Shown piece after piece: positions 48,455 to 61,304 of a stretch of 64,000 bases of DNA (its first letter is position 1; each line of letters starts with the position of its first letter). The notes beneath the pieces were generated by a model that was not told the DNA's origin, searched no databases, and saw only the letters and a program-made list of their open reading frames with translations. Origin of the DNA: Lingula anatina (Eukaryota; Animalia; Brachiopoda); contig CM120648.1 of NCBI GenBank assembly GCA_051362555.1, positions 8,304,587 to 8,368,586 on the forward strand. Direction: 5' to 3'. The translations under genes and the position numbers were made by a program.

Positions 48455-50759
48455 TGGACTTAAAATGGGGGGGGGGGGGGGGGGGGATGGGGGGGATGGG
48501 GAGGATAGGTTAGATTTATAATGAAAAAAAAAAATATTACGGTTATGAGCTTTTAACCCAAAGTTCCCTAAGCGTGGCAATGCCCCTGTCAGTTTGAAAC
48601 CAGGGTGAAATGCATGTAACAGAGAGGGATTCCAAAGGTCACTAAGACCCCATTTCCATAGATTTTATATCGTTCTATCCCTGTGGGGAGTCTCACTAGA
48701 TACTGTCAGCTTAGCCGGCTTAAGCGTCTGTCCCGCCTACTGAAAGCTGTAAGGGGGTAATTAATTATGGTGCGCGCTCGGCTGACTGCAATTTAGCTTG
48801 AATCCCCAGGGAGTTAGGTCGATCTAAATCTTAATCCCTAAATCGATCTAAATCTCTGGGAATACACCCTAAGGATAAAGTAATGACTTCCTCCATCCTA
48901 TTTGGTGAAAAAAAAAACTTCCCCTATCTCTTCCCCTATCAGTTTCAGTATTTTTTACATACAAATACCTTGGATCCGACATAAGCAAACAATAACGTCT
49001 TTCTCAAGTTGCCTTTGTATTGAAGGAGGTTTAATACATTTAATTATGAAAATAATATTTAGAAACATTACGCACACTATATCCCCTTACTTGCAAATAG
49101 AGAACATGTGTGCATGGGAATACAGGAATATTTTAGGTTCATTATGATCGGGCGCATTATTTGAAGATGCTAAATCTACAATAACAATACTCTAGATAAG
49201 ATTATTGTGTTTGTCAGCTAAGGCGAACCAACGTTCTGACTGATTGCGGTAGTAGAGTCATAGATGTGTCTCTTGAGCACTCCGGCAGTTTCAAGGCCTA
49301 CGGCTGCTGGGAAGTGGGGGGGGGGGGGGGGGGGGGGGGAGTCTTTATTACATTTCGGCCTTTTCGATTTTCCAAGTTCACCATTTTTATTTCAATCAAT
49401 TAAATAATTAATTGTTTAAGTGATTAACAAGTTGGTGAATTATCTAATTTATTTATTTATCTATTTTCTCTCTTTGTTTGCCTGGCCTTTTCTGAAATTC
49501 CAAATTAAGTGTGTGACGAATATATTCAGGCCTGTAGCCAGCAAAGGGGGTTCTTTTTATAAAAAAGTGGACCTTTTACCATGAAACCTTTGTGTACCTA
49601 AAAAAATTTTACCCAGAGGGAACCTTTTCTTAGCAAAAAGGGGGGAGGGATTCTTTCCCCCGGACAACCCTGACTACGGGCCTGAAATTGATAGATGTAT
49701 AATACAACACATCCTTTAAAAAAACGCTCGTCGTTATCTCTTCTCTTCAGCAAATCATAGAAATAATATCAACGGGAGTGCTTTTTGTTTTCAAGAATGC
49801 TTCATCAATCAAACCAAGTGAGTGCATTTTGCGCATGCGCTATTATGAAATAAAAAAAAATCAGTAGGCCTACCGCAGGATGTGAAAATGCAAGGATGGG
49901 GGCGGCAATTGTTTAATTCCTACAATTAATGCTAACAGCTTATTTCTATCGCCTGTGGAAGGTTAGCACTTTGCAGGAAATAATGATTACGTTTTTTAAT
50001 TACATTTCCATAAGTTATAATTTTCATTATTTTGTATATGTACAATTTAAAGCCATTACGAGTTACATGTATATATTGAGCACAAACTATTTTTTCATTT
50101 ATTATTATTATTCATTTTTTTATTTTATTGTAATAATGATCCATTTAGAATTTTTTTTATAAAAGTTTGATTTAAATGTAATGTACATGTGGGTACTTCA
50201 CCGTACATTCATTAAAACAAGGCAATTTAATAGCAAGGTCCGTTTGAGCATTAATCAAAATTACAGCACCATTTTTTTAAATGAGGAACAGTAGTGCATA
50301 TAATCATTACGAAAAATACATGTACAAAGCACCAATTGTACATAAATTTAAGACATTATACAAAACATATGAATGTTGCTCTTTACATGCTGTTGTTAGA
50401 GTGCATGATAAATAATCTATGCTAATTACATGATAAATATTTGTTTTCTTCACACGATTAAATGTATCTGTTCTCTTTGAATAAGCCTTCTATTACGTTG
50501 TAAATACATGTATATCTCTAGAATGCTTTTAAGATCCTATTTTGTAGCTGTCACATAATTTATTGTTTCGAGGTTTTCTAGATCCTTTGCTGTCTTGAAT
50601 CACAAGTTAAGCAGCTGGTCGGAGACTACGACAGTCCTCGGCGATCACCGGGTGCGCCCGAAGTAGACTTCGACTGTGATCGACTATCTTCGAGTCAAGC
50701 CGTCAACAAAATCTGACATTTTTCGAGACGATTCAGTGTCAGTGATAACTAATGAGAAG

Positions 50760-51485
50760 TCAGGCACCCTTGCAAGGGGAAACCGCTTCAACCTGGAGTG
50801 AATTCTCATTTCTACCAATGTCCAGTTCAAAATGATGCTTTAACATTGTCATCAAAATATGATTTATCAGTATTTGTCCGCTTTCTTTAAACCCACAGCT
50901 TTTGTAAAGTCTAATAGCTGCAGCCTGGGATTCTGAAGTTTTGATAACCAGTTTATCGTAGCCATTTTCGGCGCAGAACTTTTTGGCGTGATTCACCAAA
51001 ATCTTGCCGAGGCCGACACCGCGACAGGATGGAGAAACAGACATGCGCACAAGTCTCGCTGTGCTTCCCGTCTCGCGTAGAACGGCAGTTGTTCCGACGA
51101 CTTTACCTTGGTACTCCGCTACGAAAAAACTCTGCCTTGGTTGGATATAGCAGCTCATGATATTTTCCCTCACAAAAAATACCTTGAATACTGCGTAGAA
51201 ATATGGAACGTAGACCAAAATCAACAATATAGCAGGAGCGGCAACGGATAAATATATCGCGTGCGTGTGCCGGTGACATAAAACCGATGTGAGCGCGAAT
51301 AAGACGGCGATTTGCGTCCTCAGTGTCTTTTTCACGAAGTATGGGATTGTGAGAGTCCACAGGCTTTCTTCGATTAATCGCTTAGCTTGTAACTGTTCGT
51401 GTTTCTCTATTGGGCGAATGGTGATTTTGCTTGTGTCAAGCTCGGATCCGGATGCGCCAGTCCTTATTTTGGTGTTGTCAGACAT
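50760..51485 (-). CDS. GNAT N-acetyltransferase, NAT8/camello-like, 241 aa
   Basis: ITIRP start of fold, hydrophobic membrane segment(s) at about aa 58-103, FFVAEYQGKVVG, motif A RMSVSPSCRGVGLGKILV, TSESQAAAIRLYKSCGF. An acceptor ctctccag lies just upstream of the ATG, implying a 5' UTR intron. Confidence 0.85.
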   Translation of the reverse strand: MSDNTKIRTGASGSELDTSKITIRPIEKHEQLQAKRLIEESLWTLTIPYFVKKTLRTQIAVLFALTSVLCHRHTHAIYLSVAAPAILLILVYVPYFYAVFKVFFVRENIMSCYIQPRQSFFVAEYQGKVVGTTAVLRETGSTARLVRMSVSPSCRGVGLGKILVNHAKKFCAENGYDKLVIKTSESQAAAIRLYKSCGFKESGQILINHILMTMLKHHFELDIGRNENSLQVEAVSPCKGA

Positions 51486-53495
51486 GTTTGTCAGTTTCCT
51501 GGAGAGAAATAAACGTAAAAAATTAATAATGTGATAATTTATTGCTTTTGAGATTTATTTCACCATCAAAGCCAACCTATTTTAGTATATAGGATCTATC
51601 ATAATGCGGCAATTCTACGTATTTAACTAAAAAGTAAACTCAAATTGTAGTCTGTTCGAGTTCAACCGCTTAGTGCGTGGGAATATATGGAATATTTCAT
51701 TTATAAATCAGGCAAGGATTAAATATCCCCGGCCCCGTGGACCTTTATGTCACCATAATTGCTGTTTTTTTTAAACAAAAGCGTGCGCCAAATATTTAGC
51801 CAATTTTTTAGCATTCATAATCAATTTCAGTTTATCCTTTTATCGTTAATCCAGCCCAGTGTGTTATCAAAATAAGTCGCCTTCTCATGTCATCATTAAG
51901 TGGACATAATAAAAAGCGTAGTTCATCCTCATTTGTCCCATCATCATAGAAACGGCAGCTGCGTTCCTCCATTTCTTTTTACCTATAAACCTCCCGGTAA
52001 TATTCTCATCAAGCAAACAAGCAGATTTCTAAGATCTGCATAGTGTATCATTCAGAAACTTACTTTGTTATTGTTTTGGGGCAGAACTCGTACACTTGCA
52101 AATTTTCTTTAAAATATTAACTCATATCCGTCTACTGGTTGCGTTAATCTTTAGCAAGTAGATCGAAGTTCAAGACTGCATGAGCTCATTGCGTTCCGCG
52201 AAAGTTTTATGTACTATCCGAGCCGGAGGGGCCAATTACGTCACACGCCCCGTGCAAAATGAGGACAAAGACATAGGTCTATATCGTTTTATTTTGTCAA
52301 AACTCGATCCAGTGCTGTTTTTGCGTCACACTGACCTGAAATCTTTTCGAAGGCACCATATAAACAGACGTCATAGAACCCCTCTTTTATTTGCCTGCTA
52401 TTGTATGCTTATGCTTTCGACTATTTATACAGTAGTAAGAGCATTGTGCGAGCTTCTTGTCGAGGCATCGTTTACTTCTGTAAACTGTGTTATAGCCATA
52501 GCGAAGTTTGCCGAGTACTTCCGATTGACAACCAACCAATGGTGGTGAGACGTGAAATCACATGGTTAATCACTATACCCATATATGGCCGTAAAGTTTC
52601 CGGAGTTTTATTACTTTAACTTTAGAGGTCAATGCATTATCTTTTAGCAGATCGCTGATATCTACCGCTGCTGAAATTATTTGGAAATATAACTTACACT
52701 CAAACCAATATGATATAATTTCTGAAGCTAATGCTATACATGTAACACACGATTTTGCTCGAGCCTACAGCAAAGGGGCCTACTTTTATTACCAGTAGGT
52801 CCCTACATAATGTAGAAAATCAAAAGAAGGGTGGTTCACTTATGTGGACTATGTAGCTATATGTAGCTTTTTACACTGATTTCTTCAGCCTTTTTACTGT
52901 ACAATCACTGGTTATTAATAATTTTTCAATATAGCTAGCCTCACCTCGTCAACAATATAAGGTCCCGATGGACACTCACAAAAGATGAAGGCGCATCTCC
53001 TTACGGCATTGTTATCTAGTCGGTGCAGAAAAGGCTAACTGCAGCCCCTGTGGTCAATTACCTGATCGAGTTTTAACTGGCATTTCAATTGCTTTAACTA
53101 ACATTAAAGCAAATTTGGACGAACAACGGGGTTGGAAGCCTGTCAGCTATTGAACCAAGACAAACTACTGAAGTAATTATATTGTCAGAAGTTTGAAAGA
53201 CGGTAAGTTACCTTATGAACTTCAGTTACAGGTTTGGACAGGATAGTTCAAATACTCTTGTGGGGATAAAAAGAGAACACGCCTCATTTTATATGTAAAA
53301 AAATCAACATTTGAACAAAAAAAAATGAAGTTGACAATACTCTGACTTTTAAAAAATATTTTGGTCTTCATTTGTGCAGAACGTTTCAAATTTTAATTTT
53401 AAAAAAGAAAAAAGATAGATTCAATTCCTGAAAAACATAGCACGGAGCATAAAATAAAACTTTTGTCCCTTTATAAAAATTATTTTAGACAAATA

Positions 53496-55160
53496 CAGGG
53501 TTGCTACTTAATATGGAATATTTTTTATCATTGTTATTTTTGAGTGCTGATTAATTATTTTTTGGCTTGAGTCATTAAAAAAGTATGTCACTGAGTGATA
53601 AAAACATCTAGTCTTCTGTTGTGAGATATTTTGGTCAATGATATCAAATCTAACATAAGATGCCATTCAAAAGAAAGGAACACCCCCAGAAAACCATATC
53701 AACAGTTTGATGTCAGTATTAACTTTAAGCTAAGATATTAAAGAAAATGATAGCCTCCAGACAGTGATATGTTACACAGTCAAAGAACTCACTACAGTAA
53801 ATCATGAAAAGTCAGTAACTGCGAGTATGACCTCCAGCAGCCGCTTGCAGCGCCCTCATCCTACATGGCATACCCTGTGACACGTTTTTTAGAGTTTGGA
53901 TGGGGATATCATTCTACGCAGTGATATTTGCCTGTTGCAGTTCATCACTATTTACCGGCCGAGGACCATAGCTATTAATTCTGTGGGTTATTTTTGTCCA
54001 AAGTTTTTCAATTGGGTTCATATCTGGAGAGTTTGCAGGCCAGGGCAGTTGCTGAACCCATTGGTTTCGAAGAAAAACAGTGATTCTGCGGCCTCGATGT
54101 GGGGTTGCTCAGTCGTCTTGGTACACAAAGTTGTTCCTGAAGATGACTCTTACCAATCGAAGCATTGTTTGCTGTAGAATGTCTCTGTAGGAACCCTGGT
54201 TGAGGTTGCCTCCTAGAAAAACCAACTGGTTCTGGACACCGACATGAAATGCTCCCCAAACAGAGACGTTAACACCCCATGCTTGTACCCTAGGCAGTAC
54301 ACAATTATCGTTTTATGCCTCTCGTACACGTTGGCAGACACGGATTCCACCGCCAACCCTAAAAACTCCATATCTGGCCTCATCACCGAAAACGACGTGA
54401 TTCCAGTGTTTTGGCTGCAAGGGCACGTGGTCCCCAGTCCATTGCAGACGGCGCTGTATATGACCTGCTGTTAACATTGGTTTCCCTACTGGTCTTCGTG
54501 CAAAATAACCAGCTTGCAGTAATCTCTTGTTCACGAGGGACCTTGAAACGGGCGTTTGAATGACATTCTTCCACTCTTTTCTGAAGACACTGGTTGTCTT
54601 TGACGACCAGCACGGCGCACTCTATGGAGAAAGCGATCCTGTCTTCCTGATGTGATACGCGGACACCCAGGTCGAGGTATTGGAGTAGGTCCCCTGTTGT
54701 AGCATTTCTTTGGAGGACTTTACTAACGGTTCCTGATAAATGTTGCATTGCCTGGCAATGGCTGTCCGTTTCTGGCCATTTTCTCTGAGAGCAAGAATCC
54801 CATAGTAAGCTGCGTTGCTTAGCTGTCGAACCATATCTTCACTACGGTACCAGTCAAGTTTCAGAGCGATCCCTTTGTTGCTTCTCTAAACACACTCCAA
54901 AGATTGGCCAAACCCATGCGTTTTTATACAAGGGCAGAAATTGCCGAAAAGACCACCCCTCACATTTCTGACAACAGAACATGCAGCTGCATGCATCAAT
55001 TGTTTCGAGAGTTTTGTGGTAATTAGGTAACACACCTGGCTACACATGGAGTGACACCTCAGTTTTAGATTTAAAGTAGAAGTAAAGTAGAGAGAAATTA
55101 AATATTTTGTAGAAAATTTACTCGCCAAAAAATAATATTCCATATTAAGTGGTAACCCTG
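53496..55160 (-). mobile_element. Tc1-family DNA transposon, full length, decayed transposase (~53812-54834)
   Basis: TA-cagggttgctacttaatatggaata ... tattccatattaagtggtaaccctg-TA. Frameshifted fragments MVRQLS..TAIARQCNI (HTH), RLLQAGYFARRPVGKPMLT, WNHVVFGDEARY, LPWPANSPDMNPIEKLW, AAGGHTRSY*. Confidence 0.92.
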
Positions 55161-56665
55161 TATTTGATACGAAGTTCTCTTAAAAGAATTAAAATAAAAT
55201 CTGTTGGAAATAACTATTAACTATGAATATCAAAACAAAAACGGGATTGCTACTGAAAAACTGAACGCTGAAACAAGACGAAATTAACGTAATAATACTT
55301 ACAATCAAAGGGTATTTCCCAATCTTATATCAGCTTGCCCACAAGTTTGATATGTCCGTTCTTTATGCGCGTGTGTGAGCATTCCTTTTTTACTGCCGTG
55401 CATCAATATCCGTCTCCTGACCGCGATTTTTAATTTTAAAAAAAGTTTCAGAAAGTTCAAAGCTGGCGAACTTTGGGAAATCTCTCCAAAAACTACATGT
55501 ATATAGCCACTATACCTCACGCGGGTGATAAAGAATTCCTTACTGGACCAAAACCATTTACCTCTCGCAATGTAAGTTTACCGTATCGAAACTTTACACT
55601 CGAAAGAAGTATCATGAATAGAAACATCCAATCAATCTCAGTATATATACAGTATACCTTCCAAATCCAGGAACGATGATTTGCAAAAAGAGAAAAACAA
55701 AAAGAATAAGAAAGCCAAAATATCCTGGCAAAACAGAATAGCGGACTTTGCGGTTTGAAGTGCCCACGCTTGTCCGAAAAGGGGAATGTAATGACTCGTC
55801 TCTTCTATCAAATAATTGAAGTCATTATTGGTGTGACTTGCGTAATCGCAATAATGTCCAATCAGACAAAGGTGAACAGATCTACTCGCGTATAATATAG
55901 AAAAGAGTCATCTTAAAGACAAGTGACTAACTTATTATATTATGTGCAGGTGAACAATAAGCCGACTTTGTGGTTTCACACGGGGCAAGCAGCTCCCTAT
56001 ACTATAGACATGTACGTAGATTGAAGGGATAACAACTGTACATTTTGGACGAAGCATAGATTTTCCTGGGGTTAACAACAATATTTTCCTACAAACCAAT
56101 GGTCGATGAATCCATTTCAACATTCAAAGTTAGTTCCTGCTTTTTTTTCTAAACTGTTTGTTCTTTTGTAATATCTCTTTAATAATCGTAAGTGTGATTA
56201 CGTTAATCCTCTATTACTCGAATAGGGTTGCCATCTATGGAGGTCACGTGGTCCGATGGCAAGCACAGAAACCAGAATAATTGCGATAACCGCCACTTTT
56301 GTGGTATAATAGAATTTATTATATCTCTGTGAGTTCGTTACAGTGTATTTATTGTGAAATATGGATTTCATACGATGCGTTGATATCCCTTTACACATAA
56401 ATTTTGCTCTTTTTTTGCAATCAATTCTTCACAAACGCGACTGAATCTATAGACTTTATTGCATTTTATTGTCAGCTTCTAAGCATCAGTAATGATTTAC
56501 ATGTAGTAATGAGACGATATTTCAAAAATACCCGCCATTATTGTCAGGGGGTGCAGAGAAGGGGGGGGAGGGGGATCCACATCCACCCCACACCCAGTAT
56601 GTCATACTGCCCTCTGTCAAGGCAAGGAGTTATAACTCCTTGGTCAAGGGGACCTTAATGGTTGA

Positions 56666-57850
56666 TCACGTCCTCAGGTTTTTCCCATTTTGGTCCAGCT
56701 GCTGTGATTGTTTCCCGGATCCTGATCTTGACCCACTGCGCCGATTTAAAGTTGCCGATAAACGCTGTACCCATTTCCATGATTTTGACTTCTCGGAGTC
56801 GAGCATTCTTCTCCCGCAGGCTGCAACACCTGGTAATAGTTCATAATAAAATTATAGGCCCAAGTTGTAAACAATGTTTACTTGCCGAGAAACGTTCCAA
56901 TTTTACCTGCCTATTAACAAGTCATTTGACTAATTAAATAGTTAAATTAAGTAATTTACACAACAGCATTAGACAACAGAGAGAGAGCGAGAAGAAGAAG
57001 AGAAAGAAGAAGTACCGGTAGAAGTAGAATAAGAAGAAAAAGAAGCAGAGAGTGAGAGAGAAAGAAAGAGAGCGCCTTTTCAGTATATAACCAAGGACGT
57101 CAATTGACGTTCTTGTTATAACTTACAACCCAGGGCAGATATCAGCAACAGCACCCCACCAAGAACACTGAGTATCACGTAGAATGAGACAGTATAAGGG
57201 TCTGTCGCATCGTATCCCGTCCGCACTTTCACGCATTTATTAGCAGTCCTAAACGCGTCTGATCTTAGCTGGTCGCGGGTCATCCCGGTAATTGTGGACG
57301 TCGGCACGAGACATACCACGTAAAGAACCATCCCAGCGTTCAGTCCCGACAGCGTCGCTGAGCGTGAGGTTACCGTTATAGGCGCCGTGCGGGCGTCACC
57401 GTTCGTCACGGCCGTCTCGTAGTATAGAAACGAGTACCCCGAAAGTGACGGCGTGGACGGCCATGTAAAACTCACTGACCTCGAATCGACGTTGTCGGTC
57501 ACTGTGGTCAAATCGGCAATAGTGCACTGGGTTCCAAAGAAGTGTTGATAGCACTGACATTGCATTTGAGACTCGGCGTTGAGACTACACTGTCCGTTTT
57601 TACAAAATGTGTTCGACGGGCACGGCGGGTTTGACGTCGTCGTTGTTGTCGTTATAGTTGTATTTTCACCTGCGGTTGAGGATACGTCTACTGTCGCTGT
57701 TGTGGTCAGTGTTGCGTTCGTAGACGCTGTCTCATCGGTTGTGTTTGTCAGAATTGCAGTACTAGTTGTATTGTCAACGGCGTTGACGTCGTGAAAAAAT
57801 GTCCCCGCTGACAAAGCAACGATGATGAGTCCCACTGCCGCTTTCTCCAT
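56666..57850 (-). CDS. Type I membrane protein: signal peptide, Thr-rich region, EGF-like domain, FN3-like domain, TM, short basic tail; exons 57127-57850 and 56666-56829; 295 aa
   Basis: EGF pattern CPSNTFCKNGQC..CQCYQHFFGTQC. FN3-like SVSFTW..GYSFLY..LSGLNAGMVLYVVC. TM FYVILSVLGGVLLLISALG. Donor T|gtaagt (57126) and acceptor ccag|GT (56829) join in frame to CVAACGRRMLDSEKSKSWKW...NLRT*. Confidence 0.8.
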
Positions 57851-59754
57851 TTTGTTTTAATTAGATTCCTTTTATGTTCAGCGAGACCTTCATTTCAAAA
57901 GAATCGATCGATAAGTATGTTTTTTTGCTTTATCAGATAAGATTTGGAGCTGGTGCACGGGAAATCTGAAATCAATGAATCGAGAAACGTTAAAATATAA
58001 TATATTGATGATAATCACGATAAAGGTCTTTGTAACGTTATTGTATTCGTTTATACATGTGATGAAATGATAATTATTGTTAAGAATGGTGACAAAAGCA
58101 ATGTATTCAGACTTAAATTGGTATATGAGTGCACAAATGTCCTATACACACATAGGCCTACAGTCATATCTTTGTGTTAGGCACCCTAGCCTTTGGTTAT
58201 TGATTATTTGCGAAATCTCTCTCGCTGTGGTCTTGAAAAGGCTGTGCAACGCATGAAACAAATTTTACACGTTATCCACACCTAAAACCCGGGTGTTTCA
58301 CCCCCTCCCCTCTCTACCCGTCCTCCATTCACTCTCCTCCTCATCCACCTCCACTCTCTGTTGATGTCAAATACGGTCACGCCGATATACTGTACTCGTA
58401 GTTGTCAGTTTTCCACATGCTTTACTTTTACACGCAACTGATCTATAAAAATACGACAGATTTTAACGAACTTGACTCGATTGCGTCTGACAGGTGCGTT
58501 GTATGACCTACTCTAAGACCCGAGACACATCCCAAAATTGTAGACATACCTGTAGAGGTGATCGAAGCTCCTCGACTCCACCACTCTTCTTCTCCATGTG
58601 CAACATGGCCACCGCCCTATTGAATTACAAAAGGTGGTTTTCCTATTGATCCAAAGGACGAGGACAATGCGACGCATTCCATAGGTGACGCAGAGTGCAA
58701 CAGTGTGGGTATGCACTAGTACTTGCTTAGCGCTTGAGTAAACTTTAAACTTAGTCAAAACATGTTAGTCCCAAAATATGAGTCAACTAGACCAGACCTT
58801 TGCGTTTGTCCAGCGCCCACAATATATTTGTTTGTTTGTCCAGCGTGCCCTGTCCACTCTTTCCTTATTTATTTGACCTTTGGCCACGACTTATTATCTC
58901 TTTATCGTGTGCACAAGTTACGCTGTCTAACACTCGTGCGGTTTTGCCTCCTCCCTTGAAGTAATTTGTTTATTTTTCCTTTACCATTGAATTTCGCGCG
59001 TTTTTGCGTGTACATCGGGTTAGATTATAATGATAAAAATGGCTTCGGTGTTTTTTGGTTTAAATATGAAAAGACTAAAAGGGAATTAAAAAGATAATCA
59101 TCATATTTGCATAACCTCTGAGGTAATATTGTGATTATTTCACAAATAGGTTCTATTTAGGGACGAAATTAGGCAAATCCAATCGATAAGATGGTTAAGG
59201 AGCGCGTCCGTCACTAAGTTTTAGAAAGTCAGAATTTTCATTTTTACTCCTAATTTTTTTTCTTTTTTTGTCTGTTGGTTTGGTAAGTGGAAGTACCGGT
59301 AATTCACAACTGAACCTAAGGAAAACCTTAATGCTGTTGTTTTTAGGCCTTAAAATGCCTACCGCAGATTTGGCATTTCCCCCTTTAAATAATAGTTTTA
59401 AAAATTAGTCGTGAAATTTAGCTTTTGTGATCTTTAAAAAATCATGTGTTTAATTTACAAAAATTAATTTTTTTTGTTAACCGACCCTGTATGGTCGCTA
59501 ACCGACATCTGACCATTGTTAAAACCATCAATTGTGTCAGGCTTCATGATGCATTGTTTTTTAGTTTTCATTACCTTATGATAAAATCGTTAACGATAAG
59601 CCACAAAGATAAATAAAAAACGAGCCAACTTTTTCAAGGAAGCAACTGATTGCGAAGATAGTATGTTCGTTATCAGACAATAATCCACATGGTCTCGGAA
59701 GTTGTTTTTCAAATTGTGATTGTTGAGTTGCGACTTTCTTCTCTAACGCAATGA

Positions 59755-59900
59755 TCTTATTGCGCATGTCTCTTCACTTAGCAAGTAAACTTCCGGTATA
59801 TGTCACAACTCTCGGCAACTTCAAGTTGCGGTTTTATTTGCTCAAAAGTTGTCGAATTTAAGATTAAGGCTACAGGTGGACCAAGAACTAAAGCTGTAAG
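59755..59900 (+). promoter_or_regulatory. Putative OTUD3 promoter and non-coding first exon
   Basis: tgcgcatg (NRF1-like) at 59761 and acttccgg (ETS-like) at 59789. Possible donor aag|gtacat at 59901 and acceptor ttttcag| at 60696, ahead of the ATG exon. Motif-level evidence only. Confidence 0.35.
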
Positions 59901-60897
59901 GTACATTTATGTTTGTTTTGTATTATAATGGATAATATTTTATAGTCTAAAGCGTATTTTAACAGTGTTGTCATGTGTCCAATTTAGCGTTTCTCTCACG
60001 TCCATGAAAAATTACCCTGTTCTGGAGTAATGAAACCTCACCCGACATCCCATTGTATAGGTTTTCATGTGCATTGAATAGCACATTCATATTTTTTAAG
60101 ATGAATAAATTGGCTTTAGATATTATGCTTTCATTCAAAAAGATGAGCTCTCTTCAAATTTGTCGCCAAGAAAATCGGGAGATGTGTGTATTTTTGACCT
60201 TGGGTTGGACGATGAAAACCAGTGTCACTGATATGTATACTGGTCTCAGGCTATTTATTATTTTCGTTCATTTTTTAGCAAATATATTTTTACTGTTGCT
60301 GTGCGTTTATACTTATTTAAAGTGCACATGTGTCATTCCAATGATTTATGAGTTAGATTTTTTTTTTAATAATTCAATCTGGTAGAAAAATCGCTGATAG
60401 GACACCCTTAAGCACTCTTCAGCCAGCTAATGTCAGATACATACTAATGCATCATTCTGATACATTTGCTTAGGTTTCTTTATTTTAACAAGACTGCCAG
60501 TTTTGAAAATTTGGACAAATTGCTGATAGGAAACCTTTAAGCACTCTTCAACCAGCTACCACCAGATACAAACAAACAAACACACCATCCTTATACATTT
60601 TGCTGTAGGTTTCTTTATTTTAACATGACTGCCGATTTCAAAGGTCATGAGAAAGTAACTGACATTTACCATCTAATGTGTTGTATTGCTTTTCAGGTTG
60701 TGAAGTAGATGTTTATTGCTGAAGTAGAAGAACGCTTAAGGAAAACATCCAGAATTATCTTGAGGATATTTTTTCTTTAATGTGAGCTGAACCTAGAAAA
60801 GATAGATTGTACGTACCCTTTTATAAGTTGTCCAGAGAAATCATTAGTCATACCCTCTTTTGTATGAAGACACATGACGTAGGTACCGTGACTGCAC

Positions 60898-61247
60898 ATG
60901 TCAGGGAGATCAAAGGGCTCAGGTCATCGTAATTTAACCAAAGGTCAGAGACTCGACGCCATGGCTCGCAAGAAGGACGAGCGTGCAGTCCGGCAAGCGC
61001 ACCAAAGAACTAAGAAAATGGAGTCTTACCTTGCGGACGATGATAATTTTGGCAGTTTTAAGAACCAGCTTGGGAAGCTTGGGTTGGAGTTGAGAGATAT
61101 TCCGGGAGATGGGTAAGATGTGGCCTGAGTGTTGTCAGAATAGATTTATGTTGTCAGCAAGGGTTTTCCCAGCAAACTGTCCAGCCGTCTTTTGGATGGC
61201 TGCGGCTGCCAACGTCATGGGATGGCCTATATTTTCAAAGATGACTG

Positions 61248-61304
<57 letters not shown>

